DNA of 60,382 bases, filler included, from Globobulimina sp. (Eukaryota): NCBI GenBank assembly GCA_003354225.1. It is 3 parts of 3 records of this genome, joined end to end, with 100 filler letters (N's around TTAATTAATTAA, not from the genome) between each part and the next. Parts side by side here need not be neighbours in the genome. Positions count along the whole stretch, not along the records: positions 23,787 to 42,221 come from PIVH01000002.1; positions 42,322 to 60,382 come from PIVH01000003.1; 1 more part is not named here. One strand, written 5' to 3'. Positions 39,113-51,400 of the stretch are shown one piece after another. A model generated the notes under the pieces. That model was given only the letters and a program-made list of their open reading frames with translations. It did not search any database and was not told where the DNA came from. The position numbers and the translations under genes were made by a program. Within the stretch, counting starts at the first letter, position 1. The number at the start of each line of letters is the position of its first letter.

Positions 39113-39436
39113 ATGAGAGAAGATAGTATATTTTATACTCCCAAATGGGAAGAAAGAACTGATGACGAAGGTAAGGAATTAGAACCGTTATTGTCATTTC
39201 AGTTTAATGCAGTTAATTTAGAATTAGCTAATATTAAGGAATTAAAACAAGTTAAAGGTGATACATTCAGTATGACAGTAGAAGAGAAAGGTAAACCTAA
39301 AACTGTTGAGTCTCATGTATTAGCAATTGTATCATATGTAGATGATCTGCAATTACAGATGGAGACTACAATGAAAATGATGAAAGCAATAGAGGATAAT
39401 AAACCTAAAAAAGGAACCAAAAAAGATAAGAAATAA
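39113..39436 (+). CDS. Hypothetical phage protein
   Basis: 107-aa ORF, TAATG-coupled to the next gene. Confidence 0.8.
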   Translation: MREDSIFYTPKWEERTDDEGKELEPLLSFQFNAVNLELANIKELKQVKGDTFSMTVEEKGKPKTVESHVLAIVSYVDDLQLQMETTMKMMKAIEDNKPKKGTKKDKK

Positions 39437-40035
39437 TGAGTATAATGGAAGAGAAAATACAAAGTATAATGGAAGAACCAATGACATATGATGAAACAGT
39501 ATGTGTTGATCCACGATGTGAATGTGATCATATTGAAATGGTAAGAACTGAAGATAAAGATACTTTAGAATTAGTAATAGATAATGCAATTAGTAGACCT
39601 GTTAATATAGATAATACTCCAATGTCAGATAAAGAAATTATAGAAAATATGAAAATACCATTTAGTCCAGTAAGTGATCGTTTATTAGTTAAACCACTAC
39701 CTCCAGTTAAATTAACTGTTACACATGATGTAATAGATGAAGAGAAAATGGATGAACAAAAGGAATTAGACGATAATGGTGTTCCGACATTACAAACTAA
39801 AACTGTAACAGAGGAATTAGATTCTAACTTACGTATAGGTATAGTATTAGCAATTACAGAAACTAAGTGGACATTGAATACAAATGTTATGATACCAGAA
39901 TATAAAATAGGTGATAAAGTAGTATATCCCAACAAATCTGCTATGCCATTCGATTTATTTAAAGATTCAGTCTTATTGCGCAAACATGATGTGCTTGGCG
40001 TATGGCTAAAGGACATTGAGAAAGTTGAAGATTAA
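39436..40035 (+). CDS. GroES/Cpn10-like co-chaperonin with extensions
   Basis: FSPVSDRLLVKP..GIVLAI..KIGDKVVY..LLRKHDVLG. Confidence 0.8.
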   Translation: MSIMEEKIQSIMEEPMTYDETVCVDPRCECDHIEMVRTEDKDTLELVIDNAISRPVNIDNTPMSDKEIIENMKIPFSPVSDRLLVKPLPPVKLTVTHDVIDEEKMDEQKELDDNGVPTLQTKTVTEELDSNLRIGIVLAITETKWTLNTNVMIPEYKIGDKVVYPNKSAMPFDLFKDSVLLRKHDVLGVWLKDIEKVED

Positions 40036-40036
40036 T

Positions 40037-40061
40037 GTAACCTTTTAATTAAGGTTCCGTA
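40037..40061 (+). promoter_or_regulatory. GTAAC-N16-CGTA ECF-sigma-like promoter
   Basis: Exact spacing; precedes a structured non-coding region. Confidence 0.7.
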
Positions 40062-40069
40062 ATATAACA

Positions 40070-40360
40070 CGATACCAGCATAAAGCTGATCATCCTAGAG
40101 GGCCGAAAGGTAGTTATAGGATTAGACGGAGGGTTAGTAGCTTTAAATAAAAGCGAGGTTTTCTCCTCCAGTATCAAAAAGACTTAAGAAATAAACCACT
40201 AGATATGCGGTTACTATAGTGTAACTAAAAGAGGAGATTGAGAATAGCATATGAGGGTGTACCGAAAGGGACGAACAGTAGAGGTGAAATTCTTATAGTA
40301 AATTGGAACCAAAGGAAATTAATAATTCCCCTAAGGGGGATCTTGTGTAAAGTTATTAAA
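40070..40360 (+). ncRNA. Putative structured ncRNA
   Basis: No ORF in the track; own promoter; nested stems (GATAC/GTATC, CAGC/GCTG, ATCCTA/TAGGAT, GGAGG/CCTCC) and GAAA tetraloops. Confidence 0.45.
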
Positions 40361-40420
40361 TAAGTTAATTGTTTTAATGTATTTGGGTTGTCTATATAAT
40401 ATGATATAAAGTATTGAATT

Positions 40421-40452
40421 TGTCTCTATCTTAACTGGTAGGGACATTTTTA
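40421..40452 (+). terminator. Rho-independent terminator
   Basis: TGTCTCTATC/GGTAGGGACA followed by TTTTT. Confidence 0.65.
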
Positions 40453-40493
40453 TGCCCTAATGTGAACAGTGATACATTTTATATAACAATAAC

Positions 40494-40518
40494 GTAACTT
40501 AATTAATACTCCTTCGTA
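40494..40518 (+). promoter_or_regulatory. GTAAC-N16-CGTA ECF-sigma-like promoter
   Basis: Exact spacing; 9 nt before the ATG at 40528. Confidence 0.7.
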
Positions 40519-40527
40519 CAATGAGGT

Positions 40528-40710
40528 ATGGAAACAATATTAGACATGCTCAATAAAGAAGAACTTGAGAAACTTGATATATATGCTTGTCCGTCAGGAT
40601 TATATGAAATTCATGTAATACCTGGGTTCACATTAACAATGTCAGAAAGCAACACTGTAAAATATATTGAGAAAGCAATAGATATATGTTACAGATTAGG
40701 AATTAGATAA
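40528..40710 (+). CDS. Hypothetical phage protein
   Basis: 60-aa ORF behind a promoter. Confidence 0.65.
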   Translation: METILDMLNKEELEKLDIYACPSGLYEIHVIPGFTLTMSESNTVKYIEKAIDICYRLGIR

Positions 40711-40729
40711 TAATAATTAAAAATAAGAT

Positions 40730-41107
40730 ATGTATTTTTTAGACGTAATAAACAGCAACAACCAATCAGAACGAGTATATATAGATAAGGATATCTATTT
40801 ATCAGAGTTCGCACCCACACGCAGAGAAAAGAATGATATACTAGATGATATAGTATTAGAAGTACAGAAACGTAATAGAGAACGTGGTATCACAGTTAGT
40901 AGAAAAGGTAAAAAACAAATAAAACAATTAGTTAAAAATGCTAGAGCAACGTTACTTAAGAATGGTAGAAGAATACCTATTTTTAATGAACGCAAAGCAT
41001 CAGATTACACATTGTTCAATGACGGTACTTATGATTTTAATGAAGTTAGATCACAGAACTATAATGACGACTATTTTAATTTTAGTGAACTTAAAAGATT
41101 AATGTAA
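40730..41107 (+). CDS. Hypothetical phage protein
   Basis: 125-aa ORF. Confidence 0.8.
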   Translation: MYFLDVINSNNQSERVYIDKDIYLSEFAPTRREKNDILDDIVLEVQKRNRERGITVSRKGKKQIKQLVKNARATLLKNGRRIPIFNERKASDYTLFNDGTYDFNEVRSQNYNDDYFNFSELKRLM

Positions 41108-41304
41108 TGTTAGAACCAGTTATTAAGTATTGGATTAGGGAACGTGAACATAACGATGCTAAGATAAACGCATATGAAAGTGTTATAATGCATTGTATGA
41201 AGAATAATATATACTGTTCTGATTTTATAGATAAGAGAACAGAACTACTTAATAGAGCTGAAGTTATAAAACAAGAATATAAAAAGATTAATGATGAAAG
41301 ATAG
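41107..41304 (+). CDS. Hypothetical phage protein
   Basis: TAATG-coupled ORF. Confidence 0.7.
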   Translation: MLEPVIKYWIREREHNDAKINAYESVIMHCMKNNIYCSDFIDKRTELLNRAEVIKQEYKKINDER

Positions 41305-41728
41305 ACTTATAAATAAAGTAAAAGTTATTAGGGAATTTCCGGGATTTGATGAAGGAGATATACTTATATTTAATACGGAAAATGGATTATTTGAATTTTC
41401 ATATAATGAAGTAGCAAAAGATAATATAAAAGATACTGCGGTTATTAATATATTTAATGCTATTGCAAAACATAAACCTATTTTATCTAAATTAGATATA
41501 TCTAGACATATGGGATACTTTGAAGATATCTCTGAATATGAAATGAAGGATAGAGAATGGGTACTTGAAAGAATAGAAGAATTAAAAGTTTATATTAGAG
41601 AATTAGATAAAGATGTAGAAGATGATGTTGTATCAGTAGATGTTAATGTTAATGAATCAAGAGCTGTATGGCAGAATATCATATGGGAATACGAAACTCT
41701 TTTAGGAATGCGTAAATTAATAGCATAA
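41291..41728 (+). CDS. Hypothetical phage protein
   Basis: 145-aa ORF. Confidence 0.8.
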   Translation: MMKDRLINKVKVIREFPGFDEGDILIFNTENGLFEFSYNEVAKDNIKDTAVINIFNAIAKHKPILSKLDISRHMGYFEDISEYEMKDREWVLERIEELKVYIRELDKDVEDDVVSVDVNVNESRAVWQNIIWEYETLLGMRKLIA

Positions 41729-41916
41729 TGATTAAATCAAAATTAGATAGTATACTAAACTCGCTAGATGAAAAGTTGGAAGAATTCGCAACTAAGATAG
41801 CGGACTTCCCTGAGACTAAAGCTGAAGTCATGGACTTAGAGGAAGTTGTATACTATTTAAATGATCTAAAGAATAAGATAGAAGTATTATTAATAATAGT
41901 GGAAAGTGATGAGTAA
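41728..41916 (+). CDS. Hypothetical phage protein
   Basis: TAATG-coupled ORF. Confidence 0.7.
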   Translation: MIKSKLDSILNSLDEKLEEFATKIADFPETKAEVMDLEEVVYYLNDLKNKIEVLLIIVESDE

Positions 41917-42221
41917 ATTTACAACATATAAAATGCCAGGTTCTTATAAAGGAACTACTGATTTAAAAGATATATATGCATTTCGTTTTGATGCTACTGG
42001 AGAACACGATAGAACAAATGATGTAGAAAGGTATAAACAATCAAAAGGGTTGTTAAGTGTAGCTAATAGATTTAAAGATATTGATTATTTAAACCAAGAA
42101 GAGGTAGATAAACGATCACTTGAAATACAAAAAGAAAATGAAGAGTATATAAACTTATTACATGAATCTGGAGAATATGGTAAATATAATGGTGATATGG
42201 AATTAAAAATAATGGATAATC
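41909..42221 (+). CDS. Hypothetical phage protein, truncated by contig end
   Basis: Runs into the N spacer. Confidence 0.7.
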
Positions 42222-42321
42222 NNNNNNNNNNNNNNNNNNNNNNNNNNNNNNNNNNNNNNNNNNNNTTAATTAATTAANNNNNNNNNNNNNNNNNNNNNNN
42301 NNNNNNNNNNNNNNNNNNNNN
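42222..42321. other. Artificial contig spacer
   Basis: N-run with TTAATTAATTAA linker. Confidence 0.98.
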
Positions 42322-42471
42322 CATCATCACAACCACGCGATCACACCAAATCTTAACATTCAAATTTTCTATATTTAGCACAAATTTCTGCTGCATGACA
42401 TTCAAATACTATGTAAAAAACTACAACATGTTATGTAAAAACATGCAAACAACAACAAAAAAAATATTACA

Positions 42472-45400
42472 TTAAGTTAGCAATGGAGTGGTTTTTGAAT
42501 CCCGATGGGCAGAACCTTGTGATTCGTCTTCTTCTGCAGCACCACTGCCATCGCCAGACATTTGTGATATTTGTGTCAATTCCTCATCGGCCAATTGTCC
42601 ATATTCTAAATTTGTATCGCCAGAAATTAATATTGTACCACCAAGGAAATGTTTGTAACCCGGATCTTCTTTGTTTAAGCCGCACAACATATTCCTTATG
42701 GAAATGCAGCACGGTTTGCAAATCGGCAAACAAGTGATGGCGATCAGCGCCAATATGGCAATGTACAGCGGCTGCACCAAAATAATGGAGGTCAGAAAGG
42801 TTATTACCGAGGCAATGCTAAATCGCACCCGATAATCCCAGCAATGCGGCATAGAACCTTCGATCTCTTGGGGCGAACACGCCGGATTTCGCCTTTCTGC
42901 CTCATCCAAACTATAATCATAATCAAAGCGGGTTTGCTCACTAATGGAGACGGTGCAATTTGTACTGTTGAATTGCTGCGGAATCCACAAGAAGGCGGCC
43001 CCCAATTTATTGCCTTCCTGCAAGAAGAGCACAATAAACAATACAATCAAAACCAAGAGAATGAGCCAAACGACATAGCGGCACCAGCGAGGTAACCAAT
43101 ATTTGCGTTGCAACAAATCCCGTCTTTGCTTAAAATGATTGCTTAACTTATCCCGATACTCTTCCTCTTCGTCGTCGCGCAGTGGCTTTTGGATTGGTTT
43201 CAATTCGTTTTCTTTCCACGGATCATAGGGATCTTCCAACGCGTCCAACAACTCTGGCGGCAGAGCCCCGGTCACCTCCCAGATGTCGTCCATATTTATA
43301 TTCTTATTGTTCCGCACCTCGCCTTCCACCATCTCTCCGCCGCCAAATACGACCAACGATTGTTGCCATAGCTCGTCGCCAATATTGGTTTTTTTCTCTT
43401 GTTGTGGTCTTTGTGATGGTGCTCTTTCTGGCAATTCTTCTAATTTTCGTAATTCAGCCGGCGAATATGCAAAACCGCCGCCTTGTTTCGCCATATTATT
43501 TGGATCGACATTGGCAAAGACAGTGTTGATGACATCTTGTTTGCGTAATAATTTTTGAATATGTTTTTGATTTTTATTGGTGGCGCCACTCTCAATTTCA
43601 TCAAACAACGGATCGCCGCTACTGATTAATTTCGCCGCTCGTCGCACTATTTTTTTACTGCCAATCAATGATAAATCACCAGAACTAATGGCATTGTCTA
43701 CAATTCGTAGCAATAATTTTGGATTATTTTTAATTTTTAAACGATTTATGCGTCCAATTTGTAATATTTTGTTAAATTGGACATATTTTCTTTGACAGTT
43801 TAAGTGAACCGCAATAAATTCGCCGCTCACAATCTCAGAGCGCGAAAAGGATCCAATTTCTTCTAATTCAATTTCAATTTCATTTTCATTTTCATTTCCT
43901 TTTTTTCTTCTTTTCTTGTTCCTTTTTGATGAACTTTCATTTTGCATCGGTTTCGGTGCATTCATCCCACTGTTTGTCGGAATTACTTTTTTCTTCTTCT
44001 TCTTCTTTTTGTTCTTTCTTTTCTCTCTTTTACGTCTTTTCCTTTTCTCTGAACTGGTCTCTGATTCTTCGTCGTCGTCGTCGTCTTGGTCTTCTTCGTC
44101 TTCTTCATAATCATAATCATCCTCATCCTCATCCTCATCCTCCTCCTCTTCATCTGAATAATATTGCTCTTGTTCTTGTTCTCGTTCTGGTTCTTCATTT
44201 GAATAATATTGCTCTTCGGCTTCGGCTTCGGATTCTTTTTCTTGTGGTTCTGGTTGTGGTTTATCGTCAATTTCGACATCTTTTTTAGATCCAAATGATA
44301 ATAATTGCGATAACCGCGAAGAGCGTCTCCTTTTTTTTTCTTTTTTCTCCTTTTTTTCCTTCTTTTTTTTCTGACTACTTTTGTTTGTTCGACTGAACAT
44401 CGAAGAGATTTTCGAAGAGACAGAGTTTTCTCTCTCGTGTTTGCCTCGTTTGTGCTGTATGTTTTCCTTTTGGTTTTCATGCAACATTTTGGAGGCCGCG
44501 GCGTCATACTCTTCATTGACATTCGTCGGAATGAAGCCCAACGACTCGGCATCGCGCGCCTGGCTAAAATGGGCATTCTCGCTTTGCCCTTCGAAGCCGC
44601 GCCGTTCCTCATAGGAATTCACAGAATCGGCAGAGCCGTCATCATCATCCATCGCGACATAGCCAATCTTTTTTAAGCTGTACGCTTTGCGTTTTTTCTT
44701 ATACCATTTCATTTCTTGAGGCATAAAATTCTCTTCTAAGTATTCCACCTCTTCATCAATATCCGTATAAATACGTAATATGTCCCAATTATTTTGATTT
44801 TCAATGTCGTCGTCGAATATTTGGGGCACAGCAAATACGCCCAAAACGTCCTCTTTTTCGTCAAACTCGTCATCGCCACCATGCTCAATATCCGATTCGT
44901 AGTCGTCTTCCCATTTCTGATTCTTTGTAATGATCGCCATCTGATCCTCCACCATCTCATCAATCTCTTCGTCACTAAATTCATGCGGACGAATCTTTGA
45001 AATGCACCACGCGCATAACCAGATTGGTAATATCGTCTCAAAAGCGATCAAAAAAGCAAACAAAGTGTCGGCAAACACGGTCTCTTTCTCGGCCCCATAG
45101 AACCACGCAATTTGGAGCATGAATAATAGGCAATACAAGACGGTCAATAATACTTTAATGAAATGCGAAATATTGCTGCCAGGATCGTCGCAGCACCACC
45201 ATAGACACAAATGGTCGTTGCGCAGTCTTATTTTGTACACTTCGATGTAAACCTGGCAAAAACTCAAATTATTCATATTTATTCTGGCCGCTCGATACGT
45301 TTTGCCCTCTGCCGTCTGAAAATAGGCCCCTTCTCTTTGTGATTTGGGTAAACCTTTTTTCACCGCTAATAAGGCTTTGTGTTTGTCGTAAGATGGCAAT

Positions 45401-48400
45401 ATGTAAAAGGCGAAGGTGAAGAGGAAGAATAATATCAATAACCACAACATTGCACTAACGGACTGCATCAAGCCCGTCCACGTAAAATCGGGATTGTAGC
45501 GAGACAGAGTCGCCTTAAATTGCGGATAATATAATTCCTCTTCCACGCCTAATAAGGTATAGTTTGACTGGCACGCACAAACTGTTTTTTCTTCGTCATG
45601 CGTCAATACGTAGCAATCCTCGGCATTGGGCGCCTGCAAATCGTCAAAGTCGCCGTCCCCGGTAATGTTCTCGTAGACCAATATGGTTTTACACACAGAC
45701 CACGTCGAATAAGGTTGCTTCCCCGTTTCTAATCGTCGCGTTGAGTACGACTTTAATGACGTATTTGCATTATGCGGTATTGTATATAAAAACGGCGAAC
45801 ATTCATCAAATGTAACTAAGCGACGACGCGTTTGCGACACTTCATCGCCATTTTTTTGGTACCCTTTTAAAGTCCAAAAGATTATGGCTGAACTCATTGA
45901 TTCCGAGATGGCGGTCGGGGTTAAAATGCCTCCATTAAACGCAATCAACTCACATTTAACATAGGCAACCTCCTGACCGCCAAAATAATCACTTTCAAAA
46001 TTCGGCGCTAAATCCACCAAATCACCGCCACAGTCGGAATCGTCTGAAAATAGTTTGGATTTCGTTTCCCAGCCCGACAATATTGTTAATCCGCGAAAGG
46101 ACACATTGTAATGCGTCTCGTCGATTAATCGTTCATTTAAACCCAATGCATTTATGCCTAATACCTGTTTGCGATATAAATTTTTTAATTTGTTAAATTG
46201 TCGAATTTGTTGCGGCAAATCACTTTGCTGCATGGCACTGTTACCGGCCCAGGTCATTGATATTAATTCATAGACGCTCAAATCGCGAGGTATCATACCA
46301 TTGTTTAAACCATCACGCTTCGAATTAAAATACGAAATCATATCCGATATTATTGCAAAATTTCTTTTTGCTACGTTTTGACTAAATGGTAAATCATTTA
46401 ATTTGGTCGGATCAAACTGCCTGAAATCATAAAATAATTCATCCATTATTAAGGAATATATTTTATTATAATCATAAAATCGATCAAATAATAAATTATT
46501 GTCTGAAGATGTTAATATAGTGTACATTTCATAAATTAATTGGACAATATCTGACCGATCATACGTACCATACGCATCCATCCATGAATCAAAAGCATTG
46601 ATGTTTGCGGCAAAGGCAGTCGTAGAGTGCGCATCGGCGGCACTCGATATCAATGCTTTGGTCACCTCATAATCCTCAATCTCACTGCTTTGTTGCCCGC
46701 TAAATGGTGTATCAAAAGTGGTGACAAATCCACTATAATCGCGTATAAATGAGCGTAAAATATAGTTATTACTATTCTTGAGTGCAAAATAATGATTATT
46801 GCCGCTGGTCCATTCACGTAAATAATTTTGTACCACACCAACCGTACTCAGTATGCAAACACCGACATTATATTCGGATTGAGTCAAGTCGCAAATCAGC
46901 TCATTGCCACAGTCTGAATCAACATTACATTCATGTAATAGCATAAAATTGTATTCCAATCCCAGTTCCATATATTCGTCGGTCCAGCCATAACATTCCA
47001 CTCTATAAATATTTACAGAGTCATATATTAAATCAACTGCACACAATCCGCCATTTGGGCCACGATTAGCAATCAATTCAATTTGTCCGTAGCCGCCGTA
47101 TTCCACATCCCCATTAATGAAATCTTTTGTGTTTGTTATCGCCAGTTCAAAACCGTATTTTTCGCCATCAAATACGAATCTATTTACTTCATCATCAACC
47201 ACAAAATTCACTGTATATCCACGTTCATAATCAATATGATCAATTATGGAAATACCGTATACATTATCAAATAAATTATAATTTTTCCCAAAATTGCGCC
47301 AAACAAACGCATAATTATCAAAATATAAACCATCATCAATGGTATTTTTCGCCATAAACGAGTCAACAAAAGACGCCGATATTACAATGCGTTTATTTCG
47401 ATTTATTATACCGATATTGGTGCTTAATTGTACCGAAATTAATTTATGTGTTGAATTTGTAGCAATTAACTGGACCGGATCAGAGGATATATATTCAAAT
47501 ACAAAATAAGATTCCCTTCGACCCCACGTTATACCCAATGTTGAACTCGATGTTGAATATAAATGAGCCGAACAATTATAAAAATTGCCCACTGCCAAAT
47601 TTGCATTATTCTCATTTAAGGTAATAATGGCGGCCGATCTCACCACCGACGCCTCCAATATGCTCTCATTGTTATTCAGATCGAGACATTGCCATTCAAT
47701 GCCATAATCTGTGGCCGGTTGCCTCGAAAAATCATAAAAATTGCTAATATCTAACACGATGTCATCACCTTCGCGAACGGATTGATACATTATGGATGGT
47801 TTTGGATATGGTATGGGAAGAGACACAATCACACCAACAAAAGCAGAGTTTGCTGCATTATTCGCATTGTACGTCACAGTCACTTTAAATGCATAATATT
47901 TGCCAGCTTCAAGTTGTTGACCGGGTATTATTAACGTGGAGGAGGAGCTGGATAGCGATGGAATGGCCGACATATCAAACTCAATAAAATTGTCTGTATC
48001 GATATTGGAGGAAAAGGCGCTGCCAAAGGGAGTATGTATGCCTTCTATATCGGTTCGCAAAGTCAAGCTTTCCCATTCGAAAGAAAATAAATCTAAATCG
48101 GTTTTGATAACGGAGCCGCACTCAGAACCATCATTTACAGAAACAAAGGTTGCTACGACCAAATCTTGCTCATTTGTAATATTTATAATGCTCGGAGTTA
48201 ATAATTTGATTGCCGGCAATTGCATACTTTCTTGTGCTTTTATTGTGATCGTAATGTCATTCGACGAGGTGGATGCGGCATAATTAAAGTTTGAAAAATA
48301 ATAATTTGTCGCATTTAATTGTATAAAATAATTGATATCCCTTTGAAAGGAAGTTGGCGCTAAACATCTATGTGGAATTTCTAAAATTTCCCGATTGGTC

Positions 48401-51400
48401 GGTATTGCTTCGGAACCAAACACACAGCCATTGGCCAACAGGCCATTGGCATTCAGTAAAATCCATTGCCAGCTCATTGGCGCGGCCTGGCCACTCGTCG
48501 GCGTCCCCAATAATCGCAAATCATCGCAGGGCCCCAACTGTGTTGCACCTAAAATATTGGCAAAAACTGGCGGCGGATTAAACATTGGATACACAATACA
48601 ATATCCATTGGTTGGCGATGAAAATTCATCAAAATCAAGTATATTATTACCAACTAATTCTAAATAATATGAATCTTCTCCAAATGAGGCGCGAATATTA
48701 AAGCCGTAACCCAACTCAATGCGAAGAGTGCGAAAATCCTTCCAAATGCATCGTGAATCCGATGTCATTCCTTCAATATTATTAAATGTGGCCGGTGTAA
48801 ACACCGATAAACACGAAAATGGCTTACCGCCAAATCTAGCACGATTGGTATCCTCTGAAAAAAACATCAATATCGCTGTACCATGATCTTCAAATCGACA
48901 ATCTGTTAAAATCGGACCTAAATCAGAATTGATAGGCGACGAAGTTGGGGGCAGTGTTGGCGATGTTGTTGGGTCATTGGTTATTCTCTGCACGCACAAC
49001 TCAGTAAACTCAATAAACAAATCATTAAAATAAGCGCTGCCACGAAAGGCGTACTCTCTATCAATCTGAGTGCACGACAATGCACTGCCACTTTCATCGT
49101 AGGTTTCATATAAAATGGACATAAAAATACAATTATTATCAGTCCAGTTATATTCATTGGTTGCAAAGGTCCAATATTTATCAGATATGTATTCGCCGCG
49201 TATAATGATACTGTTAGCAATGTTGTGCTGCGACTCTGGTATTAAAGTGCCAATAGATAAGGAATCGATTAATACGAAGGCATCTCGATTCGATTGTGTT
49301 ACATTTTTCAATTCAAAGAAAACCGTCGCATCGTTATCCGTTGCAAATCGAAATACGGAGGAATATTCTTCCAGAAACATGGGGGCAAAACCACGCAAAA
49401 CCCGGCCGTCTTGAACCAAGGTCTCTTCTCGACTGCTTACGTTTAAATATAAAAATTTGCCCGTTGACACTTGTAAGGAATACCAAATATCCTCCAAACC
49501 ATTGGGGCATGGATTGCTTAATAATAAATCTGAACATGTATTCCTATCATTTTGCAAATAGTCCAATGAAGGGTCCATTGCAATTCTTTGAGAATATGAT
49601 AAATCAGAAATCGCCACAACTGGCACAGAAATATCAATATCATTCAGATAAAAGCTGGTTGCTTGGGCATCAAATGCGGTATGCCGACAATCATAGTTTA
49701 CATCGACAAATAGCGCATCGGAGCAGCAATCTGAGCCGGAATTGGACGAAAATATGTTTTCATCGTTTATTTCATTTGAACATTGATAATTTATCGATCT
49801 TTCAAAACTATATCTATTAAAAATGTTTGGTGGCAATTCATTTTTGATAGTTTGTCCGGAATTTATTTGTTGATATCCGTCGCCAGCTACAATCTCTTTG
49901 TCATAAACGTGTTTGACAATATTCTCAACATCGTCGATATACGAGATCTCAATTATTTGTCCAATAACCATTGAAATGTTTGATTCTGTTTCTGCGCTAA
50001 CTTTCATATTACAGCTTGCAACATGTTGCAATGATGAATTTGTCGAGGAACCACTCGACGATGCGCCGGCTAACCGCAATTCGCCACGAATGGTATCAAT
50101 ATTCCATGATAACATTTGTCCCTCCCAGTCACCAGCAGTTGTGCATTGAGGCCATGACTCTCTGTTGCTGCCCTCCTCAAAATAGGAACATTGGTCGGGG
50201 CCCGTCCCATTCTCAATAAATAAGTTATCATCCCACCAGATGCGGATTGAAAAGGATAACAAGGTGCCACTGCTGGCATTTATGTAGATATCATAAGTGA
50301 ATGGCTCGCTATTTGAAATGTCTTTGTTTTCAAACTGTAGTCCGGTGATGCTCGTCGATGCTTCAATATCGATATCCCAAAAATCTGGCTTTAAATTTGG
50401 AAAAATCGATTCAATATCAAATATAGTCTCGGCACCGTCGCTACATTTACTCACTACGCTTATATTGACTTCTCGCCACCAATTATCTAATATAGTGACA
50501 TAACCATAGCCATCCACTGCAAGAACCGCAGGGTCCGACGACGAAAAATTGAACATCTCTGTTATTATACTTATATCACCGTCACCTAACAAACTATTCT
50601 CTATTATCTCATGTAATATATCATTAATAATCAATCCATCACTAAAAAAAACATCCATCTTCAACAGTTCCCGGCTATTTATTATATCGGAAAATACATT
50701 ATTCCGATCATTAAATGTATGCAATGATATTGCTGTTATGTCTGTAAATGCATTTGTAATATCATACGAAATAATATTTGAATAGTAATTATCTCGATTA
50801 ATATTTACATTTTGTGCAAATAGTGTTGCCATTACATCTGCGCTGCCAATATGTATTCCACTCGTTAATCTTTTTGAATTTTCTATTTCTAATGCCGACG
50901 AGTTGGAGACATTGATTATTATATCATTTCTTTGCGTTAATTCTTTGTAAATGCCATTGGTTAAATTGCCAAATATAACTAATTCACTCATTTCATACTC
51001 TGATAAACAATAAAATTTATTTAATATACTCGCATCTGAACCCGCAGTATAATTTGGATACGGATAGGCAGTCACTTGTAAACGATCAAATATTACAACC
51101 TCAACACTAATGCGATCACTCCAGTTTGCTAAGATTGGGTAATCGCTAAAACTAACCTCAATTATATCACTTCCATAACAATTTGCATTTTGAGATGAAA
51201 AATCTGTTGAAATATTACACGATAAATTTGCACGAACAACATTTTTATTTTCCAAAATTAATAAATTATAATTTGGAATAATATCATAATTTGTACGATT
51301 ATCCGTGGATAAATCCGTTTGAGTTCCATCACTCCAAAATACAGTCACAATCAAAAAACATTCAATGGGTAAACCAAATATATAATTTGCGGGATCATAT

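Larger units (their letters stand above)
23787..42221. mobile_element. Bacteriophage genome fragment, probably Bacteroidota host (possibly crAss-like)
   Basis: Dense small ORFs in two divergent blocks; A-rich starts lacking Shine-Dalgarno; bL12, tmRNA, GroES and NUMOD1 outside any host operon context. Confidence 0.75.

Noticed and set aside
40228-40280. Hammerhead ribozyme
   Set aside because: The CUGAnGA core is missing despite a GAAA-capped stem and GAA
23787-42221. Stop-codon reassignment as in some crAss-like phages
   Set aside because: ORFs are intact and tightly packed under the standard code, and I saw no suppressor tRNA
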